NCBI GenBank assembly: GCA_001873625.1
Contig: MNZN01000012.1
Coordinates: 12,712 to 76,711, forward strand
DNA length: 64,000 bases
DNA from: Candidatus Saccharibacteria bacterium CG2_30_41_52
Lineage (GTDB): Bacteria; Patescibacteriota; Saccharimonadia; Saccharimonadales; Saccharimonadaceae
Direction: 5' to 3'
Under the pieces are notes generated by a model. That model had not been told where the DNA came from. It saw only the letters and a program-made list of their open reading frames with translations, and made no database searches. Shown here in pieces: positions 8,175 through 16,467 of the stretch (the stretch's first letter is position 1; each line of letters starts with the position of its first letter). The position numbers were made by a program, and so were the translations under genes.

Positions 8175-9609
8175 TAACCCAACTTTTCAAAAACTAGTCG
8201 AAGCTGACAACCTAACCGGCGAAGTAGTTGCTGTCAATAGTTTCATTATTGAAGTCCGCGGCCTAGAAGGCGTGCGTTTAGGCGCAAGTATTCTATTCCA
8301 AGACGGCCAACATGGAATGGTTCGTGAAGCCTATGGCAACAAAGTGATCTTATTCAACATTGACTCCGAAACAATGGCGCTAGGCACACTGGCGGTCGTA
8401 GAAAGCGACATGTTAAACATACCTGTTGGCAAAAAACTAGTTGGACGAGTAGTTTCGCCTATGGGACAACCGCTAGACGGCAAAGGCGCAATCCGAACAA
8501 CTGCAACTAGCGGTATCTTTAACGCCGCTCCGGGCATTATGGCCCGCAGCATGCTAAACGAACAACTAGCCAGTGGTGTTTCAGCAGTTGATAGTTTCTT
8601 CCCAGTGGTCCTAGGTCAGCGTATCGCCATCTTGGGCGATAGTAAATCAGGTAAAAGTACTTTTTTAAGCCAACTCAGCGCCAACCAAAAAGGTACCGAC
8701 CGCATCGTCGTTTACGTTTTGATTGGTAAACGTAAAGTCGACATTGAACAATTATTAACTGGCCTAAAAGATTCAGGTGCTATGGATCACACTATCGTAG
8801 TTTTGGCTGACATTTTTGATTCGCTTTCGCAATCATACCTGGCCCCATATGCCGGATGTGCCATGGCTGAATACCTATGGAATAGTGGCGAGGACGTAAT
8901 TATTATGTACGACGACCTTAGTAGCCATGCCGAAGCTTACCGACAGCTATCATTATTGCAAGAGGTCGACCCAGGGCGTGATTCTTATCCTGGCGATATG
9001 TTCTATTCACACTCAAGTCTACTAGAACGCGCTGGCAAATTATTGTCTAATGGCAAAACCTTAACTGCCCTACCAGTAGTATTGACGCCAAATGACGATA
9101 TTACCGCTTACCTATCAACCAACATTATGTCGATTACTGACGGACAGATTATCTTTGACCTTCGCGTTTTTCGACAAGGTATTCGTCCAGCCGTCAACGC
9201 CGGCCTATCTGTTTCGCGTGTTGGTGGCCAGGCCCAAACCAATCGTCAAAAACGGCTGTCAACGACATTATTTAAGACACTGGCAAAATATCACCAAGCT
9301 GAAGAGTTTTCACACTTTAGTTCCCAATTATCCAAAGAAACTACTATCGACCTAATCACTGGTAAATATATTTACGCAGCACTTCAACAACCGCCCGAAG
9401 AGCTTCACTCATTAGTCGAACAGCAATTAATTCTCGAAACCGTGATATTAAGCGGTGGCGAAATCGAAATCGATGTTCCTGGCATAAAGGAGTCTGCTAA
9501 ATCAGTCAGCTCTAAAGTCAAAGAAGAGAAAGATTTCGATCGAATTGAAGCCGAATTGTTAAAAAAGCATACCGTTAAATCCGAAGGTGGCGACCATGCG
9601 ACGAGCTAG
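8167..9609 (+). CDS. atpA: ATP synthase F1 subunit alpha
   Basis: Motifs YLAPYAGCAMAEY, IIMYDDLSSHAEAYRQLSLL, PGDMFYSHSSLLERA, LTALPVV, ITDGQIIF and GIRPAVNAGLSVSRVGGQAQT. The P-loop is GDSKSGKS. Start taken at ATG 8167, which overlaps the delta stop. Confidence 0.9.
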   Translation: MFDNPTFQKLVEADNLTGEVVAVNSFIIEVRGLEGVRLGASILFQDGQHGMVREAYGNKVILFNIDSETMALGTLAVVESDMLNIPVGKKLVGRVVSPMGQPLDGKGAIRTTATSGIFNAAPGIMARSMLNEQLASGVSAVDSFFPVVLGQRIAILGDSKSGKSTFLSQLSANQKGTDRIVVYVLIGKRKVDIEQLLTGLKDSGAMDHTIVVLADIFDSLSQSYLAPYAGCAMAEYLWNSGEDVIIMYDDLSSHAEAYRQLSLLQEVDPGRDSYPGDMFYSHSSLLERAGKLLSNGKTLTALPVVLTPNDDITAYLSTNIMSITDGQIIFDLRVFRQGIRPAVNAGLSVSRVGGQAQTNRQKRLSTTLFKTLAKYHQAEEFSHFSSQLSKETTIDLITGKYIYAALQQPPEELHSLVEQQLILETVILSGGEIEIDVPGIKESAKSVSSKVKEEKDFDRIEAELLKKHTVKSEGGDHATS

Positions 9610-10468
9610 TGCAATTGAGCGCGAGGCTGAACAAATTACGACTGTTCAGGATTTGACCAGTGTTTTTGAGAGCCTGGCTAGTACTCAGGTTGCAAAAATT
9701 AAGAACAAAGTTACACTTTCCGAAGAATTTTTCCAATTATTATGGAAGCGTTACAGCTCTATCAGGATCGACCCTAGTTTGCGTATTACTAATCGTGACG
9801 CCAATGGCGAACAAGCAAAAAAAGTCTTTGTTATCATTTCAGCCGAAGCAGGTCTAAGCGGCGACATCGACCAGCACCTTATCGAAACCATGCAACAAGA
9901 TTTAGATATGAATACAACTGACATTATTGTGTTGGGATCGCACGGCGCCAATCAGTTAGCTCAACGAAATATACCTTACGTTAGATTCTTTCAGGTTCCA
10001 GAATCCGACCATTATATTGATGTAAGTCCAGTCATTGACGCAATTTTGCCATATTCTAAAACAATCGTTTATTATGAGGAATACGTATCGCTAGGCGTTC
10101 AGGAAATAAAATCTATCGACTTAATTTCAAGTGTCCGTTCAATGAGCGAAGACGTGGATGACAATGTCGAAGAAGACGTTATGACCGCTGGAAATACTAT
10201 TTTTGAACCATCACTAGACGAGATTGCTGATCAGATGGAAGTAACCATGATGACACTGGCATTAAGTCAAACTATTTTGGAGTCCAGTCTTGCTCAGGCC
10301 GCTAGCCGATTTAACGCCATGGCAGTTGCAAAAAAGCGCGCCGGTGAATTATTGAATGATTACATGCTAGAGTTTCACCGAGCAAAACGAAGCGAAAGTG
10401 ACGGCCGTATGCGCGAAATCATGGTAAGCCTCAAGAAAAAACGAAAACATGCAGGAGTAAATCGATGA
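9587..10468 (+). CDS. atpG: ATP synthase F1 subunit gamma
   Basis: Lies between alpha and beta. N- and C-terminal helices are gamma-like (C-terminus ...SRFNAMAVAKKRAGELLNDYMLEFHRAKRSE). Alternative start at ATG 9596. Confidence 0.75.
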   Translation: MATMRRASAIEREAEQITTVQDLTSVFESLASTQVAKIKNKVTLSEEFFQLLWKRYSSIRIDPSLRITNRDANGEQAKKVFVIISAEAGLSGDIDQHLIETMQQDLDMNTTDIIVLGSHGANQLAQRNIPYVRFFQVPESDHYIDVSPVIDAILPYSKTIVYYEEYVSLGVQEIKSIDLISSVRSMSEDVDDNVEEDVMTAGNTIFEPSLDEIADQMEVTMMTLALSQTILESSLAQAASRFNAMAVAKKRAGELLNDYMLEFHRAKRSESDGRMREIMVSLKKKRKHAGVNR

Positions 10469-11817
10469 GAACTAATGCCGTCAAAATAGCAGGATCCGAA
10501 GTTGGAGTTATCAAGTCGCTTAGAGGTTTGATGGTTGAAATTCAAATAACTGGTGAGAGGCCTGACGTAAAAGAACTATTGATTGTCGAAAATCACCCAG
10601 AAGTATTTTTGGAAGTTAGCTTATTCAAAACCGATACAGCTGTATGTATTAATCTTACTAATAGCCAAGTTCTTTGTTGCGGCCAAAAAGTGTCACGCAG
10701 CAACACCAAAGTCACCGTTCCGGTCGGACCAAAAACTCTGGGACGAGTCTTTAGTGCCCTAGGCGAACCGCTTGATAATGGTCCAGCTCTTAATGACAAT
10801 CGACGCGCCATTAGCGAACCGTCAGGTACAAAAAACTATCACAAAGGCAAAAAGCTTGAACTGCTAGAGACAGGTATCAAAGTTATCGACTTTTTGACAC
10901 CATTCGTCAAGGGACGCAAAATTGGAATTGTCGGTGGTGCCGGTGTCGGTAAAACAGTCCTTACAATGGAGATGATTCACAACGTTACACGCAGTGAAAA
11001 AAGCTTGTCAATTTATTGTGGAGTTGGTGAACGTATCCGCGAAGGTAATGAATTATACGAAACATTAAAAGAAACCGAAGTGTTGAAAAATACAGTCATG
11101 TTCTTTGGACAAATGGACTCGACACCAGCAATTCGTTCAATGGTTGGACCAGCCGCTGCCACCAGCGCCGAATACTTCCGCGACGTTGAAGGCCGCGACA
11201 TTCTATTCTTCGTGGACAACATCTATCGCCATATTCAAGCCTTAACTGAACTTTCAACTAACCTGGGACTTATTCCTTCCGAAGGTGGCTATTCACCTAC
11301 CGTCTTTGCCGAACTGCGACGCCTCGAAGATCGACTCAGTTCCACCGACAAAGGAAGTATTACATCAGTTCAGGCCGTGTACATCCCTGCCGATGACCTT
11401 TCCGACCCTGCCGTGCAAGCAATTTCGCAACAGCTAGATTCAGTTTTGGTTTTGTCGCGTTCCGTTGCTGAAAACGGTATACGTCCAGCCGTCGACTTGC
11501 TTAAAACTACATCTTCGCTACTGACATCGACAATCGTTGGTGAGCGCCATTATCAATTGGCAGGCAAAGTCCAAGCTATCATGCAAAAATATGACTCTTT
11601 GAAAAACATTATCGCCATCGTTGGTGAAAACGAGTTATCACCTGCCGACCGCACCGATTATCAAAATGCTAAAAGATTAATCCAGTTCTTTTCACAAGAT
11701 TTCGCCGTTGCCGAACGTTACAACGGACGACCTGGCGAATATTACACTATCGATCAAACCTTGGATGGTATCGAAAAAATTCTTTTAGGCAAGGCAGCGG
11801 AAGAGGAAAAGAAATAA
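10465..11817 (+). CDS. atpD: ATP synthase F1 subunit beta
   Basis: Walker A GGAGVGKTV, GVGERIREGNE, FFVDNIYRHIQA, GSITSVQAVYIPADDLSDPA and GIRPAVDLL. ATGA overlap with gamma. Confidence 0.9.
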   Translation: MRTNAVKIAGSEVGVIKSLRGLMVEIQITGERPDVKELLIVENHPEVFLEVSLFKTDTAVCINLTNSQVLCCGQKVSRSNTKVTVPVGPKTLGRVFSALGEPLDNGPALNDNRRAISEPSGTKNYHKGKKLELLETGIKVIDFLTPFVKGRKIGIVGGAGVGKTVLTMEMIHNVTRSEKSLSIYCGVGERIREGNELYETLKETEVLKNTVMFFGQMDSTPAIRSMVGPAAATSAEYFRDVEGRDILFFVDNIYRHIQALTELSTNLGLIPSEGGYSPTVFAELRRLEDRLSSTDKGSITSVQAVYIPADDLSDPAVQAISQQLDSVLVLSRSVAENGIRPAVDLLKTTSSLLTSTIVGERHYQLAGKVQAIMQKYDSLKNIIAIVGENELSPADRTDYQNAKRLIQFFSQDFAVAERYNGRPGEYYTIDQTLDGIEKILLGKAAEEEKK

Positions 11818-11823
11818 TAAAAT

Positions 11824-12087
11824 ATGCGCCAGCCAGATAGTACATCTCGCTTGAACGTAATTGCTCGCGCACCTTTTAACGTTTATTACGAAGGCCCGGC
11901 CGAGGCTGTGACTGCCGTGAACAAAGTTGGCAAATTTGACGTTTTACCAGGTCACGCTGACTTTTTTTCGATATTAAATCCTGGTGAAATAATCATTGAA
12001 ACCGCGACTAATCCTGTCAGCTTTAATGTCACCAACGGCATCATCACAGTCCGAGACGACGAAGTATATCTTTTCGTTAATATCTAA
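11824..12087 (+). CDS. atpC: ATP synthase F1 subunit epsilon (short, beta-sandwich domain only)
   Basis: 87 aa. Pattern ...VTAVNKVGKFDVLPGHADFFSILNPGEIII... There is no C-terminal helical hairpin. Confidence 0.7.
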   Translation: MRQPDSTSRLNVIARAPFNVYYEGPAEAVTAVNKVGKFDVLPGHADFFSILNPGEIIIETATNPVSFNVTNGIITVRDDEVYLFVNI

Positions 12088-13134
12088 TTATTGCATTACC
12101 ATGTAATCGAATGCGTAGCCACCAGGCGCCAATGAACCGTTGATTCCTATACTAAATCCGCTTGCATCGCGATTAACATACGCACTACCTGTAACATGTC
12201 CAACTGCAGTAACAACAACGTGAGGTATATTACTATATTGATTGATAAAGGCTACGTAAGCCACAATGCCATTACCGCCGCCAACTCCGATATTAATAGC
12301 TACTGTCCCCGAAGCATCATTACCACTAATCGATATAGTACCGTTACTGCCAAGCGCTGGCCCAGGACCAACGCCGGGCGCTACGCCGCGAGTAATCACG
12401 TGACCACCGATAGTCAGTGTAGTATCTGATACCAGACTGCTAGCCTGAAATCCCCTGGCCGATAAAGTTCCACCAACAGCCAAATTACCTATTATATTAA
12501 CGTTATTATTAACAGTTAATAACTGGCTCATGGTTACCGGACCTTGCAAACTAGAAGACCCAGCAACTATTAAATTATTACGCAAATTCATGTTAGATAC
12601 CGTGCCATCACCACTGATGTTTACTTGACTAAGCGTTGTGTCACCTGCTTCTAGTTTAGTTATGCTAGCATCACCGGCCGAGAATTTACTACTAAGGTTA
12701 AATAGTCCAGCCACACTGACGTCACCGCCAACCGTAACTTTGCCTTTAAATGTCGAATTAGGACCGACAATCAGTTCGGTATTAGAATCACCTACTGGAT
12801 TGCGGCTGACCCCTAGCGTATCCAAAACATCAGAACTAATCGTCACCTCACCCTGAGTTGTTTTTTGCTCATTTTGAACTTGAGTATTCATCAAATAAAT
12901 AATAATGCCGGCATTTGCAGCCAAAATAACTGCAACTACAGCCAGACCTACGAAAGTTGCCTTGTGGCTAGGACGATACGTTGCATGACGAGGACGCAAA
13001 GCCGCCCGTGGAGACGCCGCAGCAGCAGAAGATTCTGGTTCAGAAGATTTATTATCGGTTTGAACTCGTAATAACTCAGGAGCTGGCGGCTCCGTTGATT
13101 TATTCTTGTTATCAGTTGATGGATGATTATTCAT
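12088..13134 (-). CDS. type II membrane-anchored protein with extracytoplasmic beta-helix-like repeats
   Basis: Charged N-terminus, one TM helix (FVGLAVVAVILAANAGIIIYL), then repetitive G/V/S/T/N-rich short strands (VTVGGDVSVAG, NISGDGTVSN, NIIGNLAVGG ...). Its stop codon abuts the atpC stop with 0 nt between them. Confidence 0.5.
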   Translation of the reverse strand: MNNHPSTDNKNKSTEPPAPELLRVQTDNKSSEPESSAAAASPRAALRPRHATYRPSHKATFVGLAVVAVILAANAGIIIYLMNTQVQNEQKTTQGEVTISSDVLDTLGVSRNPVGDSNTELIVGPNSTFKGKVTVGGDVSVAGLFNLSSKFSAGDASITKLEAGDTTLSQVNISGDGTVSNMNLRNNLIVAGSSSLQGPVTMSQLLTVNNNVNIIGNLAVGGTLSARGFQASSLVSDTTLTIGGHVITRGVAPGVGPGPALGSNGTISISGNDASGTVAINIGVGGGNGIVAYVAFINQYSNIPHVVVTAVGHVTGSAYVNRDASGFSIGINGSLAPGGYAFDYMVMQ

Positions 13135-13249
13135 AATTACCTAAATTAACTGATGTATAGTATATCGCTTATACTTACCGTAGGCAAACAATAATCATTA
13201 CCCATAGTGTCAACTTGCAAAATCTATCTATTTAATCAACAATAGAACT

Positions 13250-13981
13250 ATGTCAAAGAGGTTAATTTGGTGGGTGCGTATGTCGGTTATTTTGACATAT
13301 TTTATTGTTTGCGGTGCAACCACCGTATATGCCGAAACCCTCCAATCAAACAATTATAAATTCGACGAAAGTGTCGTCGGCGCTGGTGGATTAGTTGATT
13401 CGTCATCAAGCAGCTATCAAGGCAGCAGTTCAACCGGTGATTTAGTAGTCGGCAATACTGCTTCTGGCGGTTATCAAATCGATACTGGATCAAAAACAAC
13501 TCCTGACCCGACATTATCATTTGCGATTAATAATAGCGACGTTGATTTTCCGGATTTTACACCAACTGGAACATCCGTAAAGTCTATGACATTTTCAGTA
13601 TTGAACTACACCAGCTATGGTTACGCAGTCCAAATATTCGGCAATCCGCCCACTAACGGAGCCCATACGATTACACCAATGCTAGCAACCGACACATCAC
13701 AAATCGGCCAAGAACAATTTGGGATTAATCTGGTTGCCAATACTCTACCATCTTCTATCGGTGCCAACCCAGACAATGGACAATTCGGGTTTGGAGCTGT
13801 CGAAACGAATTACAATACTCCGAATAGCTATCGTTATGTCGCTGGTGAAACGATTGCATCAGCCCCTAAAAGTTCTGGTATAACCGTCTACACAATTAGC
13901 TACATAGTTAACGTTGCCAGTATTACTCCTGGTGGAAAATATACCAGCGATCAAACAATTATAATAACTGGTACGTATTAA
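13250..13981 (+). CDS. secreted beta-rich protein, distant paralogue of the two following proteins (putative minor surface-fibre subunit)
   Basis: Signal peptide ...TTVYA/ETLQ. Shares QFGINLVANT and the C-terminal YTISYIVNVASITPGGKYTSDQTIIITGTY* pattern with ORFs 14117 and 15340. Confidence 0.5.
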   Translation: MSKRLIWWVRMSVILTYFIVCGATTVYAETLQSNNYKFDESVVGAGGLVDSSSSSYQGSSSTGDLVVGNTASGGYQIDTGSKTTPDPTLSFAINNSDVDFPDFTPTGTSVKSMTFSVLNYTSYGYAVQIFGNPPTNGAHTITPMLATDTSQIGQEQFGINLVANTLPSSIGANPDNGQFGFGAVETNYNTPNSYRYVAGETIASAPKSSGITVYTISYIVNVASITPGGKYTSDQTIIITGTY

Positions 13982-14038
13982 TTGTCCACTATTTTGGCAT
14001 AGTTATCCACAATTTAGCAATAAAGATAGCCCAACCTG

Positions 14039-14067
14039 TTGACATGTTATAACGCTAGTGCTATTGT
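14039..14067 (+). promoter_or_regulatory. sigma70-like promoter candidate (TTGACA-17-TATTGT)
   Basis: TTGACA at 14039-14044, a 17-nt spacer, and TATTGT at 14062-14067. It lies about 50 nt upstream of the 14117 start. Confidence 0.4.
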
Positions 14068-14116
14068 TATCTTAACAAAACCAATTTAATAGATTGAGAA
14101 AACGAAAACAAAAACA

Positions 14117-15253
14117 ATGGCAACAAAACAAAAATTATCAACGAAAATTATAAGTATAGCTGTATTGGTTTCAATATTGCTATCACAAGTACTACCCTTC
14201 AGTACCGCATCAGCTGCCCAAATTACAGCTCGTAAATTAACCCTTCAAGCAGGTGCCGCCGACGGCGGTTCAATGGCTGGTGGTGTCGTAAACCATTTGT
14301 TTGATTTTGCCCTACCAAGTGGTACTACTGTTGGATCAATCGAATTTGAATATTGTACACTTGCCGCTGGCGTTCCTAACCCAGACACCTGCGTAACACC
14401 AACTGGTCTTAATACTACTTCAGCTACTATAGGTAGCCAAAGCGGTGCTGCAACCGGATTTACAATGGTCAACACGACCAATGGTGCTCCATATTTAACT
14501 CGCACTACAGCAGTTATTACTCCGGGTGTCGCCCAATACCGATTAGATACAATCACTAACCCAACTACCGAAAATGAAACTTTCTTTGTCCGTGTATCTA
14601 CCTTTGCTTCTACGGATGCTACTGGTACTAAGACCGATACAGGTACGGTAGCTGCTAGCACTACAACTCAGATTATCCTATCGGGTATCATGCCAGAATC
14701 ACTAGTCTTTTGTACAGGAGCAACAATTTCTGCCCCAATCGCAAACGTTCCTGACTGTTCAACTGCAACTAGCGGCGCAATCAGCTTTAACCAATTGTTC
14801 TCTCCTGTCGATACTGCATATGCAACATCACAAATGGCTGCATCAACTAATGCTGGGTCAGGATATAACATTACTGTAAATGGTCCAACCTTAACATCAG
14901 GATCAAATACCGTAGTAGCAATGAACGCTGCCGACATCAGCCGACGCGGTGTTAGCCAATTCGGACTAAACCTAGTCGATAACACACCTGACCTTGTTAC
15001 TCCAGACGTTGGTGCTGCAATCTCGCTAGCCTCAAACGGAACAAACTTCCGCGCTCAGGCCCTAGCAGGATACAACACAGACGCAACCTTCAAGTTTACC
15101 CCTGGTGATAGCGTCGCCGACAGTGCAAGCGGCGGAGCCGGTGGAACAGACGCACAGATTATGACCGTATCATACATTGTGAACGTAACTGGTAGTCAAC
15201 CAGCTGGTACCTACACCTCGACTCTTACTTACATCTGTACACCAACATTCTAA
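14117..15253 (+). CDS. secreted T/S/G/A-rich beta protein, putative major surface-fibre subunit (paralogue 1)
   Basis: Signal peptide ...STASA/AQITARKL. The C-terminus is QIMTVSYIVNVTGSQPAGTYTSTLTYICTPTF*. High identity to 15340-16464 in the C-terminal half. Confidence 0.55.
   Translation: MATKQKLSTKIISIAVLVSILLSQVLPFSTASAAQITARKLTLQAGAADGGSMAGGVVNHLFDFALPSGTTVGSIEFEYCTLAAGVPNPDTCVTPTGLNTTSATIGSQSGAATGFTMVNTTNGAPYLTRTTAVITPGVAQYRLDTITNPTTENETFFVRVSTFASTDATGTKTDTGTVAASTTTQIILSGIMPESLVFCTGATISAPIANVPDCSTATSGAISFNQLFSPVDTAYATSQMAASTNAGSGYNITVNGPTLTSGSNTVVAMNAADISRRGVSQFGLNLVDNTPDLVTPDVGAAISLASNGTNFRAQALAGYNTDATFKFTPGDSVADSASGGAGGTDAQIMTVSYIVNVTGSQPAGTYTSTLTYICTPTF
14750..14883 (+). repeat. 134-bp tract identical to 15961-16094 (copy 1)
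   Basis: Compared base by base: cctgactgttcaactgcaac...attactgtaaatgg is identical in both paralogues. Flanking DNA is only about 75-80% identical. Confidence 0.9.
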
Positions 15254-15266
15254 TAAAACTGTGGAT

Positions 15267-15297
15267 AAATAGCCGTCAATATCATTGACGGCTATTT
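15267..15297 (+). terminator. perfect 14-bp stem hairpin between the two paralogues
   Basis: AAATAGCCGTCAAT-atc-ATTGACGGCTATTT lies 14 nt after the stop. It is followed by AAAG rather than a long U tract, so it may attenuate rather than fully terminate. Confidence 0.5.
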
Positions 15298-15314
15298 AAA
15301 GCTTATGTTACAAT
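15285..15314 (+). promoter_or_regulatory. promoter candidate TTGACG-18-TACAAT with TG extended -10
   Basis: The -35 element lies in the 3' arm of the preceding hairpin. TGtTACAAT is at 15306-15314, 25 nt before ATG 15340. Confidence 0.4.
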
Positions 15315-15339
15315 CCTCTTAATGAGAGTGAGGGGTAAC

Positions 15340-16464
15340 ATGAGTGGAAAATATAAATTACTAAGATTATTTGTCAGCGTTCTATTATTAGTAACTACTG
15401 TTAGTACCGCATTTGGAGGCCAATCGGCTTTAGCTGCGCAGATTACAGCTCGTAGTCTTCAGCTTCAGGCTGGTGTTGCTGATGGGGGCTCAAAAGCCAG
15501 TGGTGTCGTAAATCACTTCTACACATTCACTATACCTACCACTGGAAACGTTGGATCTATTCAATTCTTATACTGCACAACAGCTAGCGGTACTTGTACT
15601 ACCCCTACAGGCCTAGCTACTACCGCAGCTACTTTAAACGGAACACAAACTGGTGCGACAGGATTTACACTTGGCACCACACCTACGGTTGATGGTGCCC
15701 CATATATAACACGCGCTCCATCCAGCGTTACAGGTCCCCAAGTTGTTACATATAAATTAGATGGCATAACAAACCCATCAACAGCAAACCAAACCTTTTA
15801 TGTCCGTATATCTACTTGGACACTAGCAGACCTAGGTGGCGCCAGTACTGACGCCGGCGTCGTGGCCGCCAGTACCGCATCACAGATTATCCTAACTGGA
15901 CAAATGCCAGAATCTCTAATCTTTTGTGCTGGTGCAACTATATCAGCTCCAGGCGGAATCCCTGACTGTTCAACTGCAACTAGCGGCGCAATCAGCTTTA
16001 ACCAATTGTTCTCTCCTGTCGATACTGCATATGCAACATCACAAATGGCTGCATCAACTAATGCTGGGTCAGGATATAACATTACTGTAAATGGCACTAC
16101 AATGACATCCGGTTCAAATACAGTTACCGCTATGAACTCAGCTGATATCAGCCGACGAAGCGTTAGCCAATTCGGTCTTAACTTGATGGATAACACACCA
16201 GATGCCGTCACTCCAGACGTAGGTACTGCAATTACAGCAGCGTCTAACGGTACAGATTTACGAGCGCAAGCCCTAGCAGGATATAGCACAGATGGCACAT
16301 TCAAATTCACACCAGGTGAAAGTGTCGCTGACAGCGCAAACGGTGGAGCGGGCCCTACAAACGCCCAGATCATGACCGTATCTTATATCGTCAACGTAGC
16401 AGGTAGCCAGGCAGCCGGTACATACACAACTACCCTAACCTACATCTGTACAGCAACTTTCTAG
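15340..16464 (+). CDS. secreted T/S/G/A-rich beta protein, putative major surface-fibre subunit (paralogue 2)
   Basis: Signal peptide ...GQSALA/AQITARSL. The C-terminus is QIMTVSYIVNVAGSQAAGTYTTTLTYICTATF*. Start taken at ATG 15340 after a GAGGGG RBS; the ORF track start is 15322. Confidence 0.55.
   Translation: MSGKYKLLRLFVSVLLLVTTVSTAFGGQSALAAQITARSLQLQAGVADGGSKASGVVNHFYTFTIPTTGNVGSIQFLYCTTASGTCTTPTGLATTAATLNGTQTGATGFTLGTTPTVDGAPYITRAPSSVTGPQVVTYKLDGITNPSTANQTFYVRISTWTLADLGGASTDAGVVAASTASQIILTGQMPESLIFCAGATISAPGGIPDCSTATSGAISFNQLFSPVDTAYATSQMAASTNAGSGYNITVNGTTMTSGSNTVTAMNSADISRRSVSQFGLNLMDNTPDAVTPDVGTAITAASNGTDLRAQALAGYSTDGTFKFTPGESVADSANGGAGPTNAQIMTVSYIVNVAGSQAAGTYTTTLTYICTATF
15961..16094 (+). 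repeat. 134-bp tract identical to 14750-14883 (copy 2)
   Basis: See copy 1. Confidence 0.9.
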
Positions 16465-16467
16465 CCT

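Noticed and set aside
12088-13134. Bactofilin-type cytoskeletal protein, suggested by the repetitive beta-helix-like G/V-rich repeats.
   Set aside because: The protein has a clear N-terminal TM anchor and the repeats are predicted to lie outside the membrane. The length and repeat pattern do not fit the compact DUF583 core.
14003-15268. Two perfect DnaA-box 9-mers (TTATCCACA at 14003-14011 and its complement TGTGGATAA at 15260-15268) flanking the first fibre-subunit gene; considered as an origin or DnaA-regulated site.
   Set aside because: There are only two boxes 1.25 kb apart, with no dnaA/dnaN, no box cluster and no AT-rich unwinding element. About 0.5 such matches are expected by chance in 64 kb, so the evidence is insufficient.
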